A DNA stretch of 63,874 nucleotides, the filler included, from an uncultured archaeon (lineage in GTDB: Archaea; Iainarchaeota; Iainarchaeia; Iainarchaeales; 1-14-0-10-31-34): NCBI GenBank assembly GCA_964442255.1. It is 6 parts of 5 records of this genome, joined end to end, with 100 filler letters (N's around TTAATTAATTAA, not from the genome) between each part and the next. Parts side by side here need not be neighbours in the genome. Positions count along the whole stretch, not along the records: positions 19,324 to 48,510 come from CAYTYC010000014.1; 5 more parts are not named here. The stretch is one strand, 5' to 3'. Of this stretch, positions 19,324 to 27,661 are shown piece after piece. A model generated the notes under the pieces. It had not been told where the DNA came from and made no database searches. It saw only the letters and a list, made by a program, of their open reading frames with translations. The position numbers and the translations under genes were made by a program. Position 1 is the stretch's first letter. Each line of letters starts with the position of its first letter.

Positions 19324-19741
19324 CCCTGGAGGAGAACCGGCCCTGGAACCTGCTCGCCGAGGCCGAGCGGCTGGCGCCTGGATTTTTTTTCAGCTTGGCG
19401 CGGATTTCTTCAAGAACCCCCAGCTCTGCATCGGTGAACGCGGGCTTTAACTCCCCGACAAACGAACGGAATTCAGGGTAAACACTCTTCAAGGCATTAA
19501 GCCGTTCAACCCTTTCAGAGCCGTTTATCTGCTGCCATAAAAAAGCGTTTGCCTGCCTGTCCTTTGCCATCCAGTTCATTCCCACACGTGCGGCAAGCAC
19601 GCCGCCGCCAACAACTGCAGCCGCAACCGCAGCCTCCCCCAGCCTGCTTCTAATCCTTTGCCCCCTTGTCCTGCGCTGCGCGGAAGAACCCCTTATCCCC
19701 CCCACATTGCGCGCGGCATTTTTCCTCTTCATTTTAATCAA
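19324..19741 (-). CDS. hypothetical protein with basic N-terminus and one hydrophobic segment (3'-truncated)
   Basis: Arg-rich leader followed by AAVAAAVVGGGVLAA. Confidence 0.55.
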
Positions 19742-19908
19742 ATAAAATATAATGGCTTTGGAGGAATTTAAAGGTTTGCATCAAGTTTTTGAACGCAAGT
19801 TCGGTTTCCTAACACAAAAGGAATTTAACTGCTACACATTTATTAAATATAGAAAAAAATTTTTTGCTCAATTTCTCCCGATACTGACACCCAATACAAA
19901 AAAAAAAC

Positions 19909-20170
19909 TCCAGGTGCGCCTGGCAGGGGTCCGGAACCCGGCACAAAACATAAACAAAAAGGAAACCAGAACAAGGTTTTTGGTTTCTGAAAGGCTTGGA
20001 AAGCCAAAAAAAAAATGTTTGCAGGTGCCGGATTTATGCGAGCCCAAAAGGGTGAGCAAGCGCCATACAGCGTATTGCGCACTCTGCTGCCGCAAGCAGG
20101 CGGCAACCGGTGCCAGCTGACAGTGGCAGCCGTTCACCGGAAAAGTGCCCCCCCAAAAGGGTTAAGTGCC
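19909..20170. ncRNA. putative structured RNA or cis element upstream of mcm (family unknown)
   Basis: Dense nested inverted repeats: CCAGG/CCTGG, CCGGCAC/GTGCCGG, AAACAT/ATGTTT, GAAACCAGAAC/GTTTTTGGTTTC, CCGGTG/CACCGG, GCACT/AGTGC. Confidence 0.35.
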
Positions 20171-20200
20171 TGAAAAAAGAAATCTTAATGGTGTAATGGA

Positions 20201-22312
20201 TTGGAGCCAAAAACTGAACCCGTTTCAGCTGTGGAAACGGATGAAAACCCGTTTACAGCCAAATTTGAGGGCTTTTTCGAGGGTCCGCTGAAAAAAGGCG
20301 TTGAAAGGCTTTTAAACAAGTGGCCGGAAAAAAAGAGTCTGGAAATTGACTTCAGGGAACTGGAAAGGTTTGACCCGGATTTGGCTGACTCCTTACTGGA
20401 TGAACCTGATTATTTGCTGGATGCGGCGCAGTCCGCTCTTCAGGGAATTGAAAAGCCGATCCTTGACCAGGAAAAATTTACCCCCAAAGTGAGGTTTTAC
20501 AGCCTTCCAAAGGAAAGGCAGCCGCTTTTAAGGGAAATCGGCTCCGCTCATCTGGGGAAACTTGTTTCAGTGGAAGGGGTTGTGAGGCAGATAACTGATG
20601 TGCTGCCAAAGTTAAATGTTGCTGTCTGGGAGTGCAGGAGATGCGGAAAAGTGTACCGGGAGCCGCAGAGAAGAAGCGCCCCGGAAATGCCTGCAATGTG
20701 CGAATGCAGGCACCGCGACTTTGCATTGCAGCATGACAAAAGCGAGTTTCTGGATTACCAGAAACTTGAAGTCCAGGAGCCACTGGAATTATTGCGGGGA
20801 AACGAACAGGCGGTTAATCTGGACATTTACATGTCTGAAGATTTGGTGAATACGGTGACGGCGGGGGACAGGACAAGGGTCACAGGTATTTTAAGGTTAC
20901 GGCCTCCGAAAGACAAAAAGCTTGTGTTCAACCGCTACCTGGAGGCAGTGCATATTGAGGAAACCGCAAAAGAATTCGAGGAAGTGGAGATTTCAGGGGA
21001 AGAGGAAACGCAAATCAAGGAGCTCGCAAAAAAACAGGAAATCTACAACATTTTAATCCAGTCAATTGCGCCCGCAATTTACGGGCACGAAATAGTAAAG
21101 GAAGCAATTGTTTTGCAGTTGTTTGGGGGAACAAAAAAACTGCTTCCAAACAAGCAGGTAATCCGCGGAAACGTCCACATTCTTTTGGTCGGAGACCCCG
21201 GAATGGCCAAAAGCCAGATTCTGATGGCCGCCAACAACATCGCGCCGAAAAGCATTTACGTTGCCGGAAAAACGTCAAGCGGAGTCGGCCTCACGGCTTC
21301 GGCAGTGAAAGACGAATTCGGTGAAGGCGGCTGGACACTAAAAGCGGGCGCGCTTGTTTTGGCTTCAGGGGGGATTGCGATGGTGGACGAATTCGACAAA
21401 ATGCTTCCCGAGGACAGGAGCGCAATGCACGAGGCAATGGAGCAGGGAAGGGTTAGCGTGGCAAAAGCGGGGATTGTGACGCAGTTCAAGACAGACACAA
21501 GCATTTTGGCTGCAGCAAACCCGAAGTTCAGCCGGTTTGACCCCTTCAGCCCGGTAATGGAGCAGGTTAACCTGCCTTCCACCCTGATGTCAAGGTTTGA
21601 CTTGTTTTTCATGATGAAAGATGTGCTGGACAAAATAAAGGACGAGGCAATCGCGGAACACATTTTGAAGACACATAAAATGGGGCAGGTGTTAAGCCAG
21701 GAAAAGGCGTTAAGGAAAAAAATCGGGGAAAAAGGGATGGAGGAAATCGAGAAAAAAATCACTCCCATTGTTTCCGGGGATTTGCTCGCTAAATTCATTT
21801 CCTTTGCAAGGCAAAAAGTTTTCCCGGTAATGAGCGAAGATGCAATGAAAAAAATCGCGGAATTTTACATTGGCTTAAGGGAACAGGGAAAAAGGGAGGG
21901 CTCTTATGCCGCAACGCACAGGCAATTGGAGGGATTGGTGAGGCTGAGTGAAGCGAGTGCGCGTGTCAGGCTAAGCAATGCGGTTGAATTGACTGACGCC
22001 GACCGCGCAATCAGGGTTGTGAGGGCCTCTCTGGAGGACGTGGTAATTGACCCTGAAACAGGGAAAATTGACATTGACATCATTACCTCGGGGCAGACTT
22101 TCTCCCAGTTCACGCAGCTGACGAAAGTATTGAAGTTCATTAAAAAGGCGCAACAGGAACAGGACATGATTCCAATTGAAGAGGTAAGGGAAGAAATGAA
22201 GGGCGAAGGAATGGACAAAGAAAAAGTGGACGACGTTATTGACAAGCTGAAAAAAAAAGGCGAATTATACGAGCCAAAAAGAGGGTTTTTGAAGGCGACT
22301 GAAAGGAAATGA
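20201..22312 (+). CDS. mcm: replicative helicase MCM
   Basis: CRRC...CEC Zn finger; GDPGMAKS; DEFDKM; AAANP; SRFD; no intein. Confidence 0.97.
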   Translation: MEPKTEPVSAVETDENPFTAKFEGFFEGPLKKGVERLLNKWPEKKSLEIDFRELERFDPDLADSLLDEPDYLLDAAQSALQGIEKPILDQEKFTPKVRFYSLPKERQPLLREIGSAHLGKLVSVEGVVRQITDVLPKLNVAVWECRRCGKVYREPQRRSAPEMPAMCECRHRDFALQHDKSEFLDYQKLEVQEPLELLRGNEQAVNLDIYMSEDLVNTVTAGDRTRVTGILRLRPPKDKKLVFNRYLEAVHIEETAKEFEEVEISGEEETQIKELAKKQEIYNILIQSIAPAIYGHEIVKEAIVLQLFGGTKKLLPNKQVIRGNVHILLVGDPGMAKSQILMAANNIAPKSIYVAGKTSSGVGLTASAVKDEFGEGGWTLKAGALVLASGGIAMVDEFDKMLPEDRSAMHEAMEQGRVSVAKAGIVTQFKTDTSILAAANPKFSRFDPFSPVMEQVNLPSTLMSRFDLFFMMKDVLDKIKDEAIAEHILKTHKMGQVLSQEKALRKKIGEKGMEEIEKKITPIVSGDLLAKFISFARQKVFPVMSEDAMKKIAEFYIGLREQGKREGSYAATHRQLEGLVRLSEASARVRLSNAVELTDADRAIRVVRASLEDVVIDPETGKIDIDIITSGQTFSQFTQLTKVLKFIKKAQQEQDMIPIEEVREEMKGEGMDKEKVDDVIDKLKKKGELYEPKRGFLKATERK

Positions 22313-22314
22313 AA

Positions 22315-22506
22315 TTATGTTTGTTTTCTCCTTGCCCTTGCCAGATCCTTTCTAACCCTGTCCCAAGGAATTCCAAGCTTTCTCGCTGCTCTGGCCGACT
22401 GTTCAACATTTCCAAATCTTATTGCGGATTGGTATAGCTCTCCGTATTGCGTGGAAAGCTTTCTTTTTTGCCTTGAAGAAGCTCTTCTCCCCTTTCTTCC
22501 GCCCAT
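22315..22506 (-). CDS. small basic hypothetical protein
   Basis: 63-aa ORF filling the intergenic space; MGGRKGRRASSRQKRK. Confidence 0.5.
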   Translation of the reverse strand: MGGRKGRRASSRQKRKLSTQYGELYQSAIRFGNVEQSARAARKLGIPWDRVRKDLARARRKQT

Positions 22507-22535
22507 AAACCTAATTAAGCACTTAAAGCCTTTTA

Positions 22536-23144
22536 ATGTTCATGGGTTTTTTTGAGAAGCCCGTCCTCACAAAAAAACGGCGGGGGCAGCTGGACAAATT
22601 CAGGGAAAATGCGGTTAAAGCGATTGAAGAAATGATTAAAGAAGAAAAAAATGAAACAATTCGCAATGCGCTGGACACCGCGTTAAGCAACGTGGAAAAC
22701 ACTCCCCTCAAATTTTATCCAAGGCGTTCGCTTAGGTCGGCGATTTACTCAACACGGGGAAGGGTTTTCGGTTCCATGCTCAAAGGATTGAGCGTGAACA
22801 GGATTGCGGTGATGCAAAAAGGCCCAAAAATGTTTGTTATCCGCTCACGGCACATTGAATTGCCGGCTGAACACCTTTTTGAAGGCGACAGGCTTACATT
22901 GGACGGGGTGCACACTCTAATGCACGAGTACTGCCATTCAGTAAGGAATGTAAGCGAATTCGCGGAGAAACTCAAGCTTTCGCCTGAACAGGCGGAAGAG
23001 TTGATTGCGGATTTGCTTTCCGCGCGCATTGCGGTTAAAATGGGAATTGAAAGGGAAACAGTTTACGGCTTTTACGGGGGCAGGGGAATGGTTTACGGCG
23101 GTTTTCCGTTCCATGAAATGCTTAAGCGCGCGCTGAAGCTGTAA
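22536..23144 (+). CDS. hypothetical protein with HExxH...E zincin motif
   Basis: TLMHEYCH...AEELIAD. Confidence 0.6.
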   Translation: MFMGFFEKPVLTKKRRGQLDKFRENAVKAIEEMIKEEKNETIRNALDTALSNVENTPLKFYPRRSLRSAIYSTRGRVFGSMLKGLSVNRIAVMQKGPKMFVIRSRHIELPAEHLFEGDRLTLDGVHTLMHEYCHSVRNVSEFAEKLKLSPEQAEELIADLLSARIAVKMGIERETVYGFYGGRGMVYGGFPFHEMLKRALKL

Positions 23145-23197
23145 AAAAAACGAAAAACGGCTGCTTTTTATAGGAGTTTGGGTTTACTTTTTGTGAA

Positions 23198-24040
23198 ATG
23201 GAAAGAAAACTTTTGGTTCAGCTTCTGGCGCTGTTTGTTGCGGCGCAGGTAATCGGCTTGAGCGTGGGCTATGCGCTGGTTCAGGAAGAAGTGAAGGCAA
23301 GCATTATAACTGAAAACCCGGACGATGTTGTCAATTCGCTTGGGCTTTTTGTTTACATAATTGTTTTCACCGGAATCCTTTTGCTGATAATAAAGTTTTA
23401 CAGGGGCTGGCTTTTGTTTAAATTGCTTGACACGATTGTCGTGTTTTTGACTTCAATCATCGTGTTCAGCGTTTTTCTTGCGCCTTTTGACGCAATACTT
23501 GTTTTGGCTGTGGCGTTGGCTGTTGTTTTGCTTAGGTGGGTTTTCCGGGAAAACATTTTTCTCCGAAACTTCACTTCACTGGTCGCAACCGCGGGCGCCG
23601 GATCAATAATCGGGGTAAGCCTTGGGGTGGTGCCGATACTGGTTTTTATTGTGCTGCTTTCAGTTTACGATTTCATTGCGGTGTTTAAAACCAAGCACAT
23701 GGTTACATTGGCAAAGTCAATCACCAAAAAAAACCTGAGCTTTACGTTTGCGATGCCGACAAAAAAGCACACATTTGAGCTCGGCACCGGTGACATGGTT
23801 ATCCCGCTGGCTTTTGCTGTAAGCGTTTTGGGTGTCACCTCAAAACAGTTTCCTGAAAACCTTCCGCTGATTTTTGCTGCGCCTGCAATGGTTTTGCTCG
23901 GCTCAATAATTGGGTTGCTTTTCACCCTGAATTACAGTTCCGCGCACGTTGGAAAGGCTCTTCCCGCATTGCCGCCGCAGACGATTCTAATGTTGGCGAT
24001 GCTCGGCATAAGTTTTGCGATGGGGTGGATAAAGTTTTAG
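23198..24040 (+). CDS. presenilin-family intramembrane aspartyl protease
   Basis: YDFIAV; LGTGD; PALP; about 9 TMs. Confidence 0.92.
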   Translation: MERKLLVQLLALFVAAQVIGLSVGYALVQEEVKASIITENPDDVVNSLGLFVYIIVFTGILLLIIKFYRGWLLFKLLDTIVVFLTSIIVFSVFLAPFDAILVLAVALAVVLLRWVFRENIFLRNFTSLVATAGAGSIIGVSLGVVPILVFIVLLSVYDFIAVFKTKHMVTLAKSITKKNLSFTFAMPTKKHTFELGTGDMVIPLAFAVSVLGVTSKQFPENLPLIFAAPAMVLLGSIIGLLFTLNYSSAHVGKALPALPPQTILMLAMLGISFAMGWIKF

Positions 24041-24172
24041 TTTAGTAATCAATTATTGCAAGCCTTATTTTGCCATTTCTTTCGCCAAGGACTAGAACGT
24101 TAAAATCGTAAACCGGAAGATTGTGGGCCCTTGAATGCCCAAGAAGTTCATCTCGCGCTTCCAAAATTTTTT

Positions 24173-24619
24173 TCAGGGTATCCCCCTGTGTTGGGCCGCC
24201 ATTTTTTTGCACATCAGTTTGTCGTCTTTGGATAAAAACGAACTCACAAGAGTGCCTTTTCCTGTTTCCTTAACCAGAAGGAATTCTCCTAAGCCCCTCA
24301 AGGAGGGCGCGTGAAAAAATTCCTGGACAGGAATCCCGTCCACAACTGCCCCTTTTGCTTCTTCCAAAACATAATTCATGGGCACGATTTTTCCTTGTTT
24401 TATGAGGTCCAACAATAGTTTTTGAGTTTTCATGGCAGTTTTAAGGTGGCTTGTTTTTTCTTTGGCTATTAGCCGCCTGTGTTCCCCTGTGCCAACCACA
24501 AATCGTTTATTCCAGAAAATAACCTCCCTTGTTGCCTCGCGTTTTAACCCAGTCTTTACAAAGGCCTTGGCTCTCTGCTCAAAGTTCCTAAGCCGCCGCC
24601 TTCTAGGTTTTATGCCCAT
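24173..24619 (-). CDS. hypothetical basic protein
   Basis: MGIKPRRRRLR leader; fills the space between genes. Confidence 0.5.
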   Translation of the reverse strand: MGIKPRRRRLRNFEQRAKAFVKTGLKREATREVIFWNKRFVVGTGEHRRLIAKEKTSHLKTAMKTQKLLLDLIKQGKIVPMNYVLEEAKGAVVDGIPVQEFFHAPSLRGLGEFLLVKETGKGTLVSSFLSKDDKLMCKKMAAQHRGIP

Positions 24620-24655
24620 AGCAAAAATAGCTGTTTTTGTTGGCTTAAAGCTTTG

Positions 24656-25156
24656 CTATTTCACCCCAAAAAACTTGAGCAGGATTTCAGTTCCCCAGAG
24701 GGCAGCGTAGCCGATGAGCGCATAGCGCACGGTTTTTCCGGCAAAAGAGGCGAAAAAAAATTTTTTCAAATCGTAGTGGAGCAGGCCTGCAACAATTCCT
24801 ATCACATCAAAAGGAAACGGAGTCAATGCACCCAAAAAAATGAAAACCATTCCCTTGTGCTTTATCCCCCTTTTGATGAATGCGACCTTTTCAAGGCCTC
24901 TTTTGTATTTTTTTTCTATGGCCTTCCTTCCCCCCAATCCAAGAATGTACCCAGTCATTTCGCCTATCGCGGCACCAAAGCCTGCAACCAATGCAATCAC
25001 AACCGGGGGAAAAAAGCCGGTTGCACTGAAGCCCAGCACAATCAAGTCGATTGGCAGAACCAGAAACAGGGAGGCATTCGCTATCAACGAACCCACAAGC
25101 AATCCAACCAAACCATATTCCATTACAAGGAATTCAACCAGCCCCTCTGCAGCCAA
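24656..25156 (-). CDS. DedA/VTT (SNARE-associated) membrane protein
   Basis: GAAIGEMTGYILG; TPFPFDVIGIVAG; GKTVRY. Confidence 0.88.
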   Translation of the reverse strand: MAAEGLVEFLVMEYGLVGLLVGSLIANASLFLVLPIDLIVLGFSATGFFPPVVIALVAGFGAAIGEMTGYILGLGGRKAIEKKYKRGLEKVAFIKRGIKHKGMVFIFLGALTPFPFDVIGIVAGLLHYDLKKFFFASFAGKTVRYALIGYAALWGTEILLKFFGVK

Positions 25157-25223
25157 ACTTTCACCTTTCGCATTAAGAAAGAAATATACTCATATAAAAG
25201 GATTTGCGCGGATTTATTAGTGC

Positions 25224-25628
25224 ATGGAATACGAGAAAATGCTGGACAGGCTTTACTTGTCGCTGCCAAAGCACGCCTTAAGCAGGGAAAGGTTTGAGCT
25301 TCCCAGCCCTGAGTCTTTAATTCAGGGAAACAAGACCTTTGTGAAAAACTTTCAGCAAATCCTGAAGCTCATTAAAAGGGATCAAAAGCATTTCTTCAAG
25401 TTTGCAACCAGGGAATTGGGCGTTGCCGTGGGAATTGAGCAGGGAAGAATGGTTTTGAACGGAAGGTTTTCCCAGAAGCAGGTGGCGGACCTGCTTGAAA
25501 ACTATTTGAAAACCTGTGTGCTGTGCCCCGAATGCGGAAAGCCGGACACAAAGTTTGTGGAGCACCAGGGAATTAAGATGATGAAGTGCGAGGCGTGCGG
25601 TGCGCTTGCCGCGGTCAAAGTAATTTAA
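25224..25628 (+). CDS. eif2b: translation initiation factor aIF-2 beta
   Basis: YEKMLDR; RFELP; GNKT; CPECGKPDT...CEACGA. Confidence 0.95.
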   Translation: MEYEKMLDRLYLSLPKHALSRERFELPSPESLIQGNKTFVKNFQQILKLIKRDQKHFFKFATRELGVAVGIEQGRMVLNGRFSQKQVADLLENYLKTCVLCPECGKPDTKFVEHQGIKMMKCEACGALAAVKVI

Positions 25629-25636
25629 GGTGAAAA

Positions 25637-25930
25637 ACGATTTACTGCAAGCTCCACGAAAAAAACGGCCTCCAGGTTTTGGCGGCATGCGACAAGGGAT
25701 TAGAGGGAAAAAAAATTTCACACGGCGAAATCGAGTTTGAGGTAAGGAAAGAATTCTACAAGGGAAAAGAAGTAAGCGAAAAGGAATTGGCGGGGCTTTT
25801 AAGGGAAAACGGGAACGTGAACCTTGTGGGGGAAAAGTGCGTGAACGTTGCGGTAAAGGAAGGCTTAATAAGCAGTGACAGCATTATAAGGTTAAATGAT
25901 GTGCCGCACGCGCAGTTGTTCAAAATTTAA
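25637..25930 (+). CDS. DUF424 family protein
   Basis: IYCKLH...VLAACD...FYKG...NLVGEKCV...GLI...VPHAQ; start appears non-canonical. Confidence 0.8.
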   Translation, partial: TIYCKLHEKNGLQVLAACDKGLEGKKISHGEIEFEVRKEFYKGKEVSEKELAGLLRENGNVNLVGEKCVNVAVKEGLISSDSIIRLNDVPHAQLFKI

Positions 25931-25939
25931 GGTGAAAAA

Positions 25940-26275
25940 GTGAAAACAAAAAAAAAGCCTCAACAGACTGAAGAGGAAATGGCCGCCAGAATCAGGCTGC
26001 CGAGAAGAAAGGATGGAGAGCAGTTTGCGCTGGCCACACAGCTTGTTGGCGGGGACCAGATAAGGGCGGTTGCAGAGGACGGGGAGGAAAGGAGCTGCAG
26101 GATTCCCGGAAAAATGAGGAAACGCGTATGGATTCGCGTGGGGGATGTAATCATAATAAGGGCGTGGGATTTCCAGCCAAGCAAGGCTGATGTTGTGTGG
26201 AGGTATTTGCGCTTCCAGAAAGAGCATTTAAAGAAAAGGGGGCTTCTCCAAAAACTGCCTCTGGAAGAGGAATAA
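25940..26275 (+). CDS. eif1a: translation initiation factor aIF-1A
   Basis: RIPGKMRKRVWIRVGD; ADVVWRY. Confidence 0.95.
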   Translation: MKTKKKPQQTEEEMAARIRLPRRKDGEQFALATQLVGGDQIRAVAEDGEERSCRIPGKMRKRVWIRVGDVIIIRAWDFQPSKADVVWRYLRFQKEHLKKRGLLQKLPLEEE

Positions 26276-26353
26276 ACGCAGAATTCGGCTTCTTTTTGCC
26301 CGGAAAAAAGGCGTTATAGACGGTTTTAAAAGGGCTTTTTTTCCGAAATATTT

Positions 26354-27103
26354 ATGGACAAAAGAAGCGATTTACGCGAATTCATTAAAAGAGAGCCCAC
26401 GCAAAGGGTTTTCGCAAAAGTTTTCGACCGCAGCACCATTGAAAGCGTGCACGCGCTTTCCCTGAAAGGCTTTTTTGAGGAAGTGGAATTCGTTGTTTCA
26501 ACGGGCAAAGAGGCGCACGTGTTCAGGGCAAGGGACAAAAGCGGAAACTTCAGGGCGGTGAAGGCGTACAAGGTTTCAACCTCAAACTTCCATTCAATGG
26601 GGGAATACATTTCCGGCGACCAAAGGTTCAGGAACGTGAAAAAAAACAAGCGGGACACTGTGTTTGCGTGGACAAAAAAGGAGTTCAAAAACCTGCAGAA
26701 GGCAACGGAGGCAGGGGCAAATGTTCCCCTTCCCCATGGTTTCATGAACAACGTGCTGGTAATGGAGTTTGTGGGCGAAAAAGGGGAGGCCGCGAAAACC
26801 CTGAAGGACGGGGGCGCGAAAAGCGCGGAAAAAATAAGGAAAGGGTTTGTGGAATTCATGGCAAGAATGTACAACGCGGATTTGGTGCACGCGGACTTAA
26901 GCGAATACAATGTGCTGATGCGCGGAAAGGAAATGGTTTTCATTGACTTGGGGCAGGCTGTTCTCACCTCCCACCCAAAGGCAGAGGAATTCTTTGAAAG
27001 GGATTTAAGGAATGTGTGCGGTTACCTGGAAAAAAACGGGTTAAAGAAAACCCCAAAAGAATTGCGCGGGGAAGTGAAGGATTTCGCGGAAAAAATAAGG
27101 TGA
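26354..27103 (+). CDS. rio1: RIO1 serine kinase
   Basis: STGKEA; AVK.Y; KEFKNL; VHADLSEYN; IDLGQA. Confidence 0.95.
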   Translation: MDKRSDLREFIKREPTQRVFAKVFDRSTIESVHALSLKGFFEEVEFVVSTGKEAHVFRARDKSGNFRAVKAYKVSTSNFHSMGEYISGDQRFRNVKKNKRDTVFAWTKKEFKNLQKATEAGANVPLPHGFMNNVLVMEFVGEKGEAAKTLKDGGAKSAEKIRKGFVEFMARMYNADLVHADLSEYNVLMRGKEMVFIDLGQAVLTSHPKAEEFFERDLRNVCGYLEKNGLKKTPKELRGEVKDFAEKIR

Positions 27104-27111
27104 AAAAAAAA

Positions 27112-27651
27112 ATGCATGAAGATTTTTTGAAAATCCCGAAGGAACGGGTTGCAGTACTTATTGGAAACAGGGGGGAAACAAAAAAGTCCCTGGAAAAATT
27201 GACTAAAACAAAAATCATCGTGGATTCTTCCTCAGGGGAGGTTGAAGTGAAAGCAGGGGACAGCAACGCAATAGGTTTTTATAATGCTTTGAAGATTGTT
27301 AAAGCTATCGGCAGGGGCTTTTCCCCGAAAAACGCCTTTTTGTTGAATGACGAGCAATACTTCCTTGAATTAATTGACCTGAAGGAACTGCTTGGAAAAA
27401 GCGGGAAAAGCCTTCAGGTAAAGAAGGGAAGGGTAATCGGCAAAAAAGGCAAAACCCGTAATGAAATAGAGGACAAAACGGGCTGCATCATCTCGGTTTA
27501 CGGGAAAACCGTTGCGATAATAGGAAAAATGGACGAAATTGACCCCGCCAAAGAAGCGGTTGAAATGCTGTTGAATGGCGTCCCCCACAAGGCGGTGGAA
27601 GATTTTTTGGCGAGGAAAACGTTTTCCTCCGGAAAAAGGTTTGAATTGTAG
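27112..27651 (+). CDS. KH-domain rRNA processing protein (Dim2/Pno1)
   Basis: KIPKERVAVLIG; AIGRGFS; GRVIGKKGKT; VYGKTV. Confidence 0.92.
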   Translation: MHEDFLKIPKERVAVLIGNRGETKKSLEKLTKTKIIVDSSSGEVEVKAGDSNAIGFYNALKIVKAIGRGFSPKNAFLLNDEQYFLELIDLKELLGKSGKSLQVKKGRVIGKKGKTRNEIEDKTGCIISVYGKTVAIIGKMDEIDPAKEAVEMLLNGVPHKAVEDFLARKTFSSGKRFEL

Positions 27652-27661
27652 GTGAAAAGGA

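Noticed and set aside
19752..20137. ORFs 19752..20120 (+), 19843..20106 (-) and 19868..20137 (-)
   Set aside because: Mutually overlapping and low-complexity, with no motif; better explained as structured non-coding DNA.
19914..20170. Group IIC intron (starts GTGCGCCTGGCA) or SRP RNA
   Set aside because: No domain V/VI or reverse transcriptase; no CAGG-GGAA-AGCA helix 8 or long helix 5.
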